Origin: Trueperaceae bacterium | GTDB taxonomy: Bacteria; Deinococcota; Deinococci; Deinococcales; Trueperaceae | Assembly: GCA_965213705.1 (NCBI GenBank) | Contig: OZ243913.1 | Location: 1,919,052-1,983,051 of the forward strand | Reading direction: 5' to 3' | DNA length: 64,000 nucleotides | Shown: positions 17,533-26,648 of the stretch, one piece after another | Layout of the letters: each line of letters opens with the position of its first letter | Position numbering within the stretch: the stretch's first letter is position 1 | The notes under the pieces: generated by a model | The model's input: the letters and a program-made list of their open reading frames with translations, nothing else | Told to the model about the DNA's origin: nothing | Databases searched by the model: none | Translations under genes and position numbers: made by a program

Positions 17533-20527
17533 TGTCTAATTTTGAACACCAAGACTACTTCGACGCTCAGCTTGCCGCTTACCGCACCCGGCTTTTGAAC
17601 CTGACGCTCAGGAACCGAATGTTGAACTTCAAGCACCGTGAGCGCGGCCGGGACTACCTGCGCATCATTGACACGGGGCCGGACCTTTTTCTGGAAGAGA
17701 TTCGCCGCGGGTCGCTTGACTTTGCGCACCTACCGCCGCGTGACGAGATGCCCGAGGACGAAAAGACGCCCGACTTCAGGCACGCGCTCGAGCAGGCACA
17801 ACTAACAGACGAGGCATACCTAAAAGCGCTCGACAAACTCGATGAAAGTGAAGGCGAGGCGGCAGAGCGAGACGAGCTTGAACCCGAGCTGATTAAGCGG
17901 GTTCTGGTGACCTGTCAGCTGCACTCACCGAAGCCAAGCTCGAGGACATTACCGATGACCCTAGCTAGAGCCTCGGGCATTTTGTAGAGGTCACAACAAC
18001 GCACAAAGAGAACCTGCAAAGAATCGCTGACGTTGCTACTGAAATCAACCTTAGGCCAGACACCCCGTTCAGTAATGGCGAAGTCCTCGGCGGCTACCTC
18101 GACGAGCTAGCCAGGATTGAGAAAGCCGCCGCGTCTAACGAAACGGTTGGCAGACTCACGAGAAGCGAATCGCTCGAGCCGGGCAACACCGTCTCAAGAC
18201 TCAAGTCCCATATCGAGTTGGTAGACCAAATGCTGAGCAGAAACGTGGACGACACTGTCTGGTTGATATTGGGACAAGCTGACTGGCAAGCGCAAATGAC
18301 GCGACGTGACCAACTCAAAGACGGACTGGCCAAAAAATTCGAGGCGTATGTGCGTTGTCTCAGCGAGTTTGAAGCGGCCACCCCACTCGCCGAGGAAGAT
18401 GCCTTCGGAGGCTCCTTGCAAATACCAGTTTTAGGCGTGTGCAAGAACGCTTGGAGCACGCCTTGGCATATCCAAACACACTTAACGACCTCGTGCAATA
18501 CGGGTGTGTTAGCGACCAGTTACAGCGAGAGCCGACCCTGCAACCACCGAAAGGCGTAGCAGCGCTTGAGAACGTAAGCGAGGCTTATGAACACTGGGTG
18601 TTGCACCATCTCGTTCAGGATGCCCTCACCGCCTACCCCGTTTTGGGTTTGTTCGATGGCGCAACCCACGAAGAGGTACGCCGGAGCTACCGAAATCTTG
18701 ACGAGGAAATCAAGCAGCTCGAGCGCAACGAGCTTATTCAAAAGATACGCCGAAACTCGGCACCCCCAGGCAACGCCACCGGTAGAACCTCAGGCTATAC
18801 AGAACTAGCGGCTATACGGCATCAAATGGGTCTTCAGCGACCGAGTATGCCCCTGCGCAAATTGCTCCGGCAGGCACCGAAGGCGGCCAAAGCCCTCAAG
18901 CCGTGTTTTCTTATGTCGCCCTTGTCCGTGGGTCAGTTTCTCGACGCAAACCGTCTTTCCTTCGACCACCGTAATCATTGACGAAGCGTCTCAGATGTTG
19001 CCTGAAGACGCCCTAAGCGCTATTCTGAGGGGCCAACAGTTAATCGTCGTAGTAGACCCCGAACAACTTCCGCCCACCACGTTTTTCTCGTTCAGTGCAG
19101 CTCCTCAGGACGACGAGGATGAAACCGACACCCCGGCTGACTCGATTTTGGATTTGGCGAACTCTCGCTACAAGCCTATGCGCGAACTTCTTTAGCACTA
19201 CCGCTCGCGTCACCAAAGCTTGATAGCCTTCTCGAACAAGAAGTTTTATGGGGACCGGCTGATGGTCTTCCCCTCCCCCATAGCTCGTGGCGAGGTCGAG
19301 GGCGTCAAAAGCGTGCTCGTCCAAGGCGAGTACCGGACAGGTACGGGTATCAATATCCCCGAGGCCGAGCGCGTTGTACGCGACGCAGTGGCGTTTATGG
19401 TTGAGCATCCTGACATGAGCTTGGGAATTGCCACCATCAACATCAAACAGGCCGACTATACTCGGCAAGCTATGGACGAGCGCTACGAAACCGACCCGAC
19501 GGTCAGGGCTTACGTCGACAAATGGGAGCCTAGCCTCGAGAGCTTTTTTGTCAAAAACCTTGAGAACGTTCAGGGCGACGAGCGCGACGCCATCTTCATC
19601 AGCACCGTATACGGCCCCGACGAGAACGGGAACGTCTATCAGAGGTTTGGGCCTATTAACAGCCAAACGGGTCACCGGCGCTTAAACGTCTTGTTTACCC
19701 GCGCGAAACACCATGTCCGGCTCATCACCTCGCTACAGCCAAGCGACGTTAGACCAGGCCCCAACAGCTACCGAGGTGTACACGTACTACGTGAATACCT
19801 GGAGTACGCTGCTACCGGGCGACTCGAGACCGGCAGTCTTACCGGCGGAGAGCCGGATAGCGACTTCGAGCGGTTTGTCGTCGAGCGGCTCCGCAATGCG
19901 GGTTATGGTGCTAGTTGTCAGGTCGGGGTCGCGAGCTACCGCATCGACATCGGCATTCAGCACCCCGCTAACCCGCACATCTTTATCCTCGGTGTCGAGT
20001 GCGACGGCGCGACCTATCACTCGAGCCGCTTTGCGCGTGACCGAGACCAGATACGTCAGCAAATCCTCGAGGGGTTGGGGTGGACGTTGCACCGAACCTG
20101 GTCAACTGACTGGTTCGCAAACCCGGAGGATGAGTTTGAGCGCTTAGAAAAGAGTATCGAAGAAGCGCTGCAGTCGTATCAAGGGTTGGTCGAGGTGGTA
20201 GGCGAGCAAACTTTGGAACCTGAAGTGGTTTACAACGAGCATCCAATATCGAAAATCGAGGGGGCGGAGGTTGTGCGTGAAACCAACACTGTCGCGGCCC
20301 CGCTCAAATACAGAGTTACCTACGTCAATCCCAACGACTTTGGTGAACCGATTGCGGTTGTTATAGGTCGTGACGATGGGGGCTGGGGCGACACTGTCGT
20401 GAGTATGGATACCCCGGTGGCGCGGGGTCTACTTGGAGCACACGAAGGTGAAAGGGTCACGCTCGAGCTTCCTTATAGAACCGAACAGGTAGTGGTCATA
20501 AGGATTGAACGGCCCAGCAAAAAATAA
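17532..20527 (+). pseudogene. DUF4011 / SF1 (Upf1-like) helicase with a C-terminal Vsr/DUF559-type endonuclease and DUF3320-like tail, fragmented
   Basis: The pieces lie in several frames. DUF4011-like RTRLLNLTLRNRMLNFKH (17532-). ..KPCFLMSPLSVGQFL..FDH is then frameshifted into VIIDEASQMLPEDAL..LIVVVDPEQLPPTTFF (18971-). TAG at 19193-19195 interrupts ..ELL*HYRSRHQSLIAFSNKKFY. The last ORF, 19220-20527, carries YRIDIGIQHP..ILGVECDGATYHSSRFARDRD..GWTLHRTWSTDW. Confidence 0.75.
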
Positions 20528-20577
20528 AACCTTTTGGGTACCCCTAAAATACCTGTTGCAAAAATCGAGTGAGTCCA

Positions 20578-20599
20578 ATCGTCGTCAAACTGTCGTCAG
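20578..20599 (+). repeat. tandem 11-mer, candidate arm-type site near the right end of the island
   Basis: ATCGTCGTCAAACTGTCGTCAG matches 8709-8730 at 19/22 positions, including an exact 18-mer. It lies 68 nt from the 45-bp core. Confidence 0.6.
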
Positions 20600-20609
20600 A
20601 ATGCAAACA

Positions 20610-20643
20610 AGATAGGATTTCGGCTTCTTGAGAAATCCTATCT
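20610..20643. terminator. 12-bp-stem hairpin between the helicase pseudogene and tRNA-Val
   Basis: AGATAGGATTTC-(10 nt)-GAAATCCTATCT. On the minus strand it sits 24 nt past the tRNA 3' end and is followed by TGTTTGC. Confidence 0.45.
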
Positions 20644-20667
20644 CCGCGCTCCGTACAGCTTTTCTTT

Positions 20668-20742
20668 TGGTGGGCGGTATAGGGATTGAACCTACGACCC
20701 CTCGCGTGTGAAGCGAGTGCTCTCCCGCTGAGCTAACCGCCC
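20668..20742 (-). tRNA. tRNA-Val (anticodon CAC), CCA encoded
   Basis: Reverse complement: GGGCGGT TA GCTC AGCGGGA GAGC A CTCGC TTCACAC GCGAG GGGTC GTAGG TTCAATC CCTAT ACCGCCC A CCA. This folds as a full cloverleaf with anticodon loop TT-CAC-AC. Confidence 0.95.
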
Positions 20743-20891
20743 CAGCGTGCCGTAGTCTACTGCATCCGGCGGGACACGTCAAACCGAAATCGGGGCCGGT
20801 CTGCGGTTGACGACGCTCAAAATTCACGCTGAGGGTTTGCCGTCACCGGCTTCCGAGTCGAGTTTGAGAAACTATGCGCAGAGGACGCCTT

Positions 20892-22283
20892 CTACTCGCC
20901 GCGCCGCGCTAAAATGTAGGCGCGCTCGATGCGGTCGGGTGGGGGCCAGAAGCCGATGCTCGGCAGTCCCGTGGTCGGCTGCACGCCGACCACGACGCTG
21001 TAGTTTCCCACCGTCACGCGCCGTCCCGGCTCCGGCAGGCCGCCGAGGGTGGCGACGAGGTACGCGGCGACGCTTATAACCGGGTCACCCTCCAAAAAGA
21101 TACCTTGCGTCGCCAGCAGGCCGAGCGTGTCGCTGAGCAGGGCCGTGGCGAAGGGCTGAGCGGGGTCCAAGGGTTGCAGCACGTCCAACACGTCGGCTCC
21201 TTCGACCACCTGGGCGAAAATGGTGTTGTTGCCGTCGAGCCAGGGTGCAGCGCCGAAGGTGATAAAAAATTGCGAGCCGCTGCTGTCCGGGCCGGTATCG
21301 ACCATCGACACGACGCCGCGCGCGCTGTGGCTCAAGCCGGGCGTGATTTCGTCGGGCAGGCTGTAGCCCGGCCCGCCGTTGCCCGTCCCACTGGGGTCGC
21401 CCGTCTGCGCGACGAAGTTGCCGATGACGCGGTGAAAGGGGAGACCGTCGTAGAACCTGTTTTGGGTCAAAAACACGAAGTTGTTGACCGTCTGTGGGGC
21501 GTCGTTTTCCAACAGGTCGACGAGCATGGTGCCGCGGTTGGTTTCCAGCACGGCCATGTAGTCGGTATTCGGCTCGAGCACGTCGCCGGGTGCGGCAAAG
21601 ACGGTAGCGCGCAACCCTGTGGGTTCCAGAACGCTGAACCCGCCCGTCGTAGCCAGCGCAGGCGCGTCCCCTAAGCCGGTAGTTTGGGTGTCGGTAGTTT
21701 GGGTGTCGCTGGTTTGAGAGGTGTCGGTTTCAAGGCCGTCGACTTGGCTGACGGTCACCTGAGCAATGTCGACGGCCTGGGCGATGGCGGTCTCGAAGAC
21801 TTCGGGGCTGTAAGCGACGGTGCCCCCGCGGACGCCGAGCACGTCCAACCAGGTGGTGAGCGTGCCGGGTTCGACGGCGAAACAGGCTTTCGCGCGTACC
21901 GAGGCGAAGCTGTTCATGAAGGCTCGGAAACGTGGGTTGGTTTTTCTAACTTCGGCGAGAGGTGCGCGCAGCAGCAGGACGGGCTGCGCCGTCCCCGAAG
22001 CGGTGGTCACCACGCGCACCTCCAAGGTTTCGACTTGCGTGTAAAAAGACGCCTCGAGCGGCAGGTAGAGAAAAAGGTTGCGGAGCGCGCCGTGCAGGAG
22101 TCCGGCTTCGAAACGCGCTTCAGAGCAGTCTTGGGCTTCGGCGTTCGCGGCGAGGCTGTCGTAGTCCATCTCGTAGATGAGACGGTTGCCCGACGAGTCG
22201 ACGGTGACCGTGTCACCCTGGGCGACAGCGGCGGAAAGGACGAGCGCAAAGGCCAACCGGCCGAGGCGTGCGAGGTAAACCAC
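20892..22283 (-). CDS. secreted multidomain cyclophilin-type peptidyl-prolyl cis-trans isomerase
   Basis: 463 aa. Signal peptide MVYLARLGRLAFALVLSAAVAQG, an unknown N-terminal domain of about 180 aa, a Thr/Gln/Asp linker, a cyclophilin core (NNFVFLTQNRFYDGLPFHRVIGNFVAQTGDP..GVVSMVDTGPDSSGSQFFITF), then an extra C-terminal segment of about 80 aa. Confidence 0.9.
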   Translation of the reverse strand: MVYLARLGRLAFALVLSAAVAQGDTVTVDSSGNRLIYEMDYDSLAANAEAQDCSEARFEAGLLHGALRNLFLYLPLEASFYTQVETLEVRVVTTASGTAQPVLLLRAPLAEVRKTNPRFRAFMNSFASVRAKACFAVEPGTLTTWLDVLGVRGGTVAYSPEVFETAIAQAVDIAQVTVSQVDGLETDTSQTSDTQTTDTQTTGLGDAPALATTGGFSVLEPTGLRATVFAAPGDVLEPNTDYMAVLETNRGTMLVDLLENDAPQTVNNFVFLTQNRFYDGLPFHRVIGNFVAQTGDPSGTGNGGPGYSLPDEITPGLSHSARGVVSMVDTGPDSSGSQFFITFGAAPWLDGNNTIFAQVVEGADVLDVLQPLDPAQPFATALLSDTLGLLATQGIFLEGDPVISVAAYLVATLGGLPEPGRRVTVGNYSVVVGVQPTTGLPSIGFWPPPDRIERAYILARRGE

Positions 22284-22387
22284 GTAAGGCTCCCTTCAAA
22301 GGGCGTGTGAGCGTTACTTATAAACCGTTGCGGGCAAACCAAAGTAGCGGCGCTCGAGCGCCGCTACTTTACAGAATAGGTCGGACC

Positions 22388-24484
22388 TTACTTGTTGGCG
22401 GCGGGTTGAACGTCTACAAGACGGCCTTGGAGCATTTGAACTTGTCCCTCCAAGTCGCGGACTTGGGCCTCGAGCGTTGCGACGTAAGCACTGTCGGTCT
22501 GCGCGCCGGTCTGCGCGCCGGTTTGTGCGTCGTAGAGGGCGCAGAACTCGTAAAAGGCATTCATAAAGCCGTAAATCGGTTCTTCCAAACCGAGCCCGGC
22601 GGGTCCTTGAGGACCGACGGGTCCCGTAGCTCCGACCACGCCCGGCGTGCCTTGCGGCCCCGGAACACCAGCAGGTCCGGCGACGCCTTGCGGCCCCATC
22701 GGCCCGATACAGTCGAGCGCGTCCAAAACGCCGTCGTTGTTCAGGTCCTCATCATCGTCGGGAAAGCCGTTGCGGTTGCGGTCCCAGCAACTTACACCGG
22801 CCACGCCGGGCAAACCTTGCGGGCCGGTCGCCCCAACCGGGCCTGTGTCCCCCTGCGGCCCAATCGGGCCTACCGGGCCTATCGGTCCGGTCGCGCCCGT
22901 CTCGCCCTGCGGTCCGGTCGCGCCGGTCAAGCCTGTTTCACCTTGTGGTCCGGTCGCCCCGGTCAAACCCGTTTCGCCTTGGGACCCAGTGGAACCCGTC
23001 AAACCGGTCTCACCTTGCGGACCCACCGGGCCTACCGGTCCTGTCGCACCTGTTGGCCCGACGTCACCTTGGAGACCCACCGGCCCGGCCGGTCCCGTTT
23101 CGCCCTGCGGACCTACCGGCCCCATAAGCCCCATCGGACCCGTCGCGCCGGTTTCGCCTTGCGGTCCGGTTGCGCCGGGAACGCCTTGCGGCCCCGTCGG
23201 TCCGACGCAGTCGAGCGCGTCCAAAACGCTGTCGTTGTTAAGGTCTTCCTCTTCATCGGGCAGACCGTTGAGGTTGCGGTCCCAGCAGCTTACGCCGGCG
23301 ATACCGGGTAAGCCTTGCGGACCCACCGGACCCACCGGCCCCGTGGCACCCGTCAGCCCAGTCTCGCCCTGGGGACCGGTCAACCCGGTCGCACCCGTTG
23401 GTCCAGCTTCACCCTGAGGACCAGTAGGACCGGTCAGACCCGTCTCACCCTGCGGCCCGACTTCACCCTGCGGTCCAACCGGGCCTACCGGCCCCGTGGC
23501 ACCGGTCAGGCCGGTCTCGCCTTGCGGCCCCACCGGTCCGGGTGCGCCGGTGAAACCCGTTTCACCCTGCGGCCCGACCGGCCCTATAAGCCCGATGTCA
23601 CCCTGCGGCCCGACTGGCCCGGTCAAGCCTGTTTCACCCTGCGGCCCGATAGGGCCGATGGGGCCTACCGGCCCCGTTTCGCCCTGGGGTCCGGGTGCGC
23701 CGGTTAAGCCAGTTTCGCCTTGGGAACCGACGGGTCCGACCGGGCCTGTCGCCCCGGTCAAGCCAGTTTCGCCTTGTGGGCCTACCGGTCCGACTTCACC
23801 CTGAGGACCGGCAGGACCGACCGGACCCAGGTCGCCTTGCGGTCCCAGCGGTCCCGCGGCACCCGTCGCGCCGGTTTCGCCTTGGGGTCCGGGGGGGCCT
23901 ACGGGTCCGGGCACGCCCTGGACGCCCTGCGGTCCTGCCGGTCCGGGGGGTCCCGGTACGATGGGGATTTCCAAGGTGGTGCGAGGACCACAGTAGAGGT
24001 TGACCTGGACGGGCTGGCGCTCGGGGTCGACCCCGGCCGGCTCGAGAATTGTAATCGTCAACGTCGTCGAGAGTGACACCGTCTCGTCGGGGCAGGTGGT
24101 GATGAATTCCACGACGTCGCGGTCGTCGACGCCGGCAACGTCGATAATGCCTGAAAAAGAAAGGATTCGCAGCCAAGCGCCTTCGGCGTCCGCCTCGACG
24201 CTGTAGCGAATCGGCGCCCCGCCCACGTTTCTCAAGATGAGGTTGTGAAGGCGCTCCTCACCTGTGATGGACGTGATGTTGATGACGGGGACGGTGGCCC
24301 TGACGCTCGGAATGTCCAGGGTGATTTGTTGCCCCGGCCGCGAAGTCGTTTGTGCTAAGACGCCTGCAAGTCCCGTGAAGAGACTTATCATTATCAGCAC
24401 ACCCGTCAACTTTGCAAAAAGTGGTTTTACGCCAAGTGGTGTAGCTCGAGCCTTTGTGCGTTGCGGAGTTCGGTTCTCGGTCAT
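22388..24484 (-). CDS. secreted/anchored collagen-like triple-helix repeat protein
   Basis: The start is taken at ATG 24484 ([45 protein letters not shown], a signal or TM segment). Next comes a beta-rich domain of about 130 aa, then about 450 residues of Gly-X-Y ([14 protein letters not shown]..) in two blocks. The C-terminus has a heptad segment, [22 protein letters not shown]. Confidence 0.9.
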   Translation of the reverse strand: MTENRTPQRTKARATPLGVKPLFAKLTGVLIMISLFTGLAGVLAQTTSRPGQQITLDIPSVRATVPVINITSITGEERLHNLILRNVGGAPIRYSVEADAEGAWLRILSFSGIIDVAGVDDRDVVEFITTCPDETVSLSTTLTITILEPAGVDPERQPVQVNLYCGPRTTLEIPIVPGPPGPAGPQGVQGVPGPVGPPGPQGETGATGAAGPLGPQGDLGPVGPAGPQGEVGPVGPQGETGLTGATGPVGPVGSQGETGLTGAPGPQGETGPVGPIGPIGPQGETGLTGPVGPQGDIGLIGPVGPQGETGFTGAPGPVGPQGETGLTGATGPVGPVGPQGEVGPQGETGLTGPTGPQGEAGPTGATGLTGPQGETGLTGATGPVGPVGPQGLPGIAGVSCWDRNLNGLPDEEEDLNNDSVLDALDCVGPTGPQGVPGATGPQGETGATGPMGLMGPVGPQGETGPAGPVGLQGDVGPTGATGPVGPVGPQGETGLTGSTGSQGETGLTGATGPQGETGLTGATGPQGETGATGPIGPVGPIGPQGDTGPVGATGPQGLPGVAGVSCWDRNRNGFPDDDEDLNNDGVLDALDCIGPMGPQGVAGPAGVPGPQGTPGVVGATGPVGPQGPAGLGLEEPIYGFMNAFYEFCALYDAQTGAQTGAQTDSAYVATLEAQVRDLEGQVQMLQGRLVDVQPAANK
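22709..22789 (-). repeat. Cys-bracketed EF-hand-like insert, copy 2 (coding repeat within the collagen-like gene)
   Basis: Encodes [27 protein letters not shown]. It is about 85% identical in DNA to 23207-23287. Confidence 0.8.
23207..23287 (-). repeat. Cys-bracketed EF-hand-like insert, copy 1
   Basis: Encodes [27 protein letters not shown]. It lies 498 nt from copy 2. Confidence 0.8.
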
Positions 24485-24758
24485 GCCACTTCCCCTCACC
24501 TCAAGTTTGATGATGAATTCATTAATTACCTTGCCGGTTTTCTCATCATCTCGGGTGATGGTAACACGAATTGTTAAAAACATTTCATTTTGGCTCGAGC
24601 CGAAGTTGCACTTCGCAAGGGTGTGGTTGAGGTTTAGGGGAAAAGCCGGTACTCAAGATTTGGTAAATCCTACCGACTGCTGAATTCTGACTACCGCCGG
24701 GGCCTTCACACCCCACACCTAACATTTCAGCCTTTGTTTGAGACTTACCCCTCGAGCC

Positions 24759-25760
24759 TCAACTTACGCGCTCCTTTTTTGCTTTTTTAGGTTCGCTGCT
24801 CGCTTCGGTGTTGGAGGCGTACCGCTCCGTCAGGCGTTCTAGCAGGTCGGTAATTTGTTCGCTCGTCAAACTCTCCAAGCTGTCCACCTTGTGGTAGTGC
24901 CGCGCCGCCGTGAGGAGTTGCGCCCGCTCGACGCCGAAACTTTCAGACTGCGTTATCAGGTCTTGCAAGGTCGGGCCGGGGTTGACCGGGGCGACTGCCT
25001 GCGGCCGCAAAAACGCTGGGATGTCGTCGGCGACGGGTTGCGGCGCGTCGTCCAGGCGCGTTAAGAAGTCGCTGAAGGTGGGGTTGGTGAGTTCCATGCC
25101 CATCGGGAAGTAGGGACTGTTGGTCTTGATAACACGGGCCACGCGCACAGGTTCGAAGCCGTCCAAGCGCAGGCTCAGCTCGAGCATCACGTCCACGAAG
25201 TATTCCAGACCGCCCAGCGTCATCGGCAGCACGCGGCCCATCTCGTTTTCTTCCTGGTCTTCTTTGCCCTTGGCGGCAATCTGGTCGGTGATGACGACGC
25301 AGCCGCCCGAGTCGATGCAAAGTCGGCGCAGCACCTCCTGGTAGAGCATTTGGTCGGCCTGAAGCTGCTCGGCGTTCGGTTGGGCGGTCGGGTCGCCGGT
25401 CGCGTCGCGCACGGCTTGGAGCGTCTGCCGGTACTTGCGCCCGAAGTACATCGTCCACGAGTCGAGCGCGTAGCAGCCGTAGCCCTGCTCTTGCCCCTCG
25501 CCGTCCAAGGCCCAGTCGATGAATTCTAGGAGTTCGTCGGGATGGTGAACCTCGAGCGCGTCGAACTTCGGGTTCGGCCCGGCGACTTCGGGTAACAGCC
25601 GCGCTTTGCGCTCCACGTCGAAAAAACACAGGCGGCCCACGCCCGCGTCGGCGAGCGAGGCGGCGAAGTGGCTTTTGCCGGTGCCGGCCGCGCCGCGCAC
25701 CGCCAGAACGAGGCGTTTGTGGCCGGGCCGACGGCTGAGCGGATTGACGCGCTGTTTCAT
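24759..25760 (-). CDS. RecA-like P-loop ATPase (AAA_24 / phage Sak4-like by motif reading)
   Basis: 333 aa. Walker A VRGAAGTGKSH and a Walker B-like GGCVVITDQ. It has a helical C-terminal tail of about 70 aa and a Lys-rich end. Confidence 0.8.
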   Translation of the reverse strand: MKQRVNPLSRRPGHKRLVLAVRGAAGTGKSHFAASLADAGVGRLCFFDVERKARLLPEVAGPNPKFDALEVHHPDELLEFIDWALDGEGQEQGYGCYALDSWTMYFGRKYRQTLQAVRDATGDPTAQPNAEQLQADQMLYQEVLRRLCIDSGGCVVITDQIAAKGKEDQEENEMGRVLPMTLGGLEYFVDVMLELSLRLDGFEPVRVARVIKTNSPYFPMGMELTNPTFSDFLTRLDDAPQPVADDIPAFLRPQAVAPVNPGPTLQDLITQSESFGVERAQLLTAARHYHKVDSLESLTSEQITDLLERLTERYASNTEASSEPKKAKKERVS

Positions 25761-26158
25761 GTTCTCTCCCTGAAAGTAACCTTAAATAATGAGGTACCGC
25801 ATCTTGTAGACATTATAGGGAAAGGGTGAGAAATTGCAAGCCCTCAGGCGGGGCGACTGCTGTTATCTTGTTGACATCTTGCAAATTAAATCTCTGTTTC
25901 CCGTCAAATTAAATGTCAATCGTTCAAGCGAAAAAGGTAGAGTGGAGTGCAACACAGTAGACCCAAAGCGCGGCAATCTCCGACATTTTCAGTGTACTGA
26001 CTCTACTCTATACCCGAGGTTGCCTCAATTGTTTCCGCTCTCTCGCAACGACGACAGGTGCAAGCTGACTTTGCGGCAATCCTGAGCTGTATACGGGCGA
26101 AAAGCTTTGTGAAGTCTCGTTTACCGACTTTTCTTCGGTGACGGCGTATCCTCACTGT

Positions 26159-26566
26159 ATGGAAAATACTGTAGAGAAAATTCAAAAAAGCGAAGCTGAG
26201 TGGCGCGAGGAACTGCCCACCGAGGCGTTCCGCGTGTTGCGTAAAGAGGCGACCGAGCGCGCCGGGACGAGTCACCTCAACCAAGAGAAGCGCCCCGGCA
26301 CCTTTGTCTGCGCGGGCTGCGGACTGCCGCTCTTTAAGGCCGACGCGAAGTTTGAGAGCGGCACGGGTTGGCCGAGTTTTTACGACTACATCGAGGGCAA
26401 CTTGGAATTCAAAAAAGACTTTCTCCTCGTTATCCCGCGCAGCGAGTACCACTGCGCGCGTTGCGGCGGGCACCAGGGGCACGTTTTCAACGACGGGCCG
26501 CAGCCGACCGGCAAGCGCTACTGCAACAACGGGGTCGCGCTCGAGTTCGAACCAGCAAACGACTGA
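26159..26566 (+). CDS. msrB: peptide-methionine (R)-S-oxide reductase
   Basis: Two CxxC pairs (CAGCG, CARCG), GHQGHVFNDGP, and RYCNNG, which contains the catalytic Cys. I prefer the ATG at 26159 to the GTG at 26138. Confidence 0.9.
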   Translation: MENTVEKIQKSEAEWREELPTEAFRVLRKEATERAGTSHLNQEKRPGTFVCAGCGLPLFKADAKFESGTGWPSFYDYIEGNLEFKKDFLLVIPRSEYHCARCGGHQGHVFNDGPQPTGKRYCNNGVALEFEPAND

Positions 26567-26648
26567 ACGCGTTTGGTTTTAGAGCTGAGCGTCGCGGGGC
26601 CGGTCCTGTAAGATTTTTGTCAGCCTCACCCTGCTAAGCTGCGCCGAT

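Larger units (their letters stand above)
8558..20712. mobile_element. tRNA-Val-integrated genomic (defence) island, about 12.1 kb, apparently without an integrase
   Basis: Bounded by 45-bp direct repeats derived from the tRNA 3' half. GC content is patchy. The cargo is type I R-M, two PIN TA pairs, a Fic remnant and a helicase-nuclease pseudogene. Confidence 0.75.

Noticed and set aside
22268-24206. Many long ORFs on both strands across the collagen-like gene (for example 22268-23311, 22647-23417, 23315-23707, 23796-24176)
   Set aside because: These are artefacts of the 9-nt Gly-X-Y periodicity and the high GC content. They give Pro/Arg/Thr-rich translations with no starts or RBS. Only the minus-strand G-X-Y frame makes a coherent protein.
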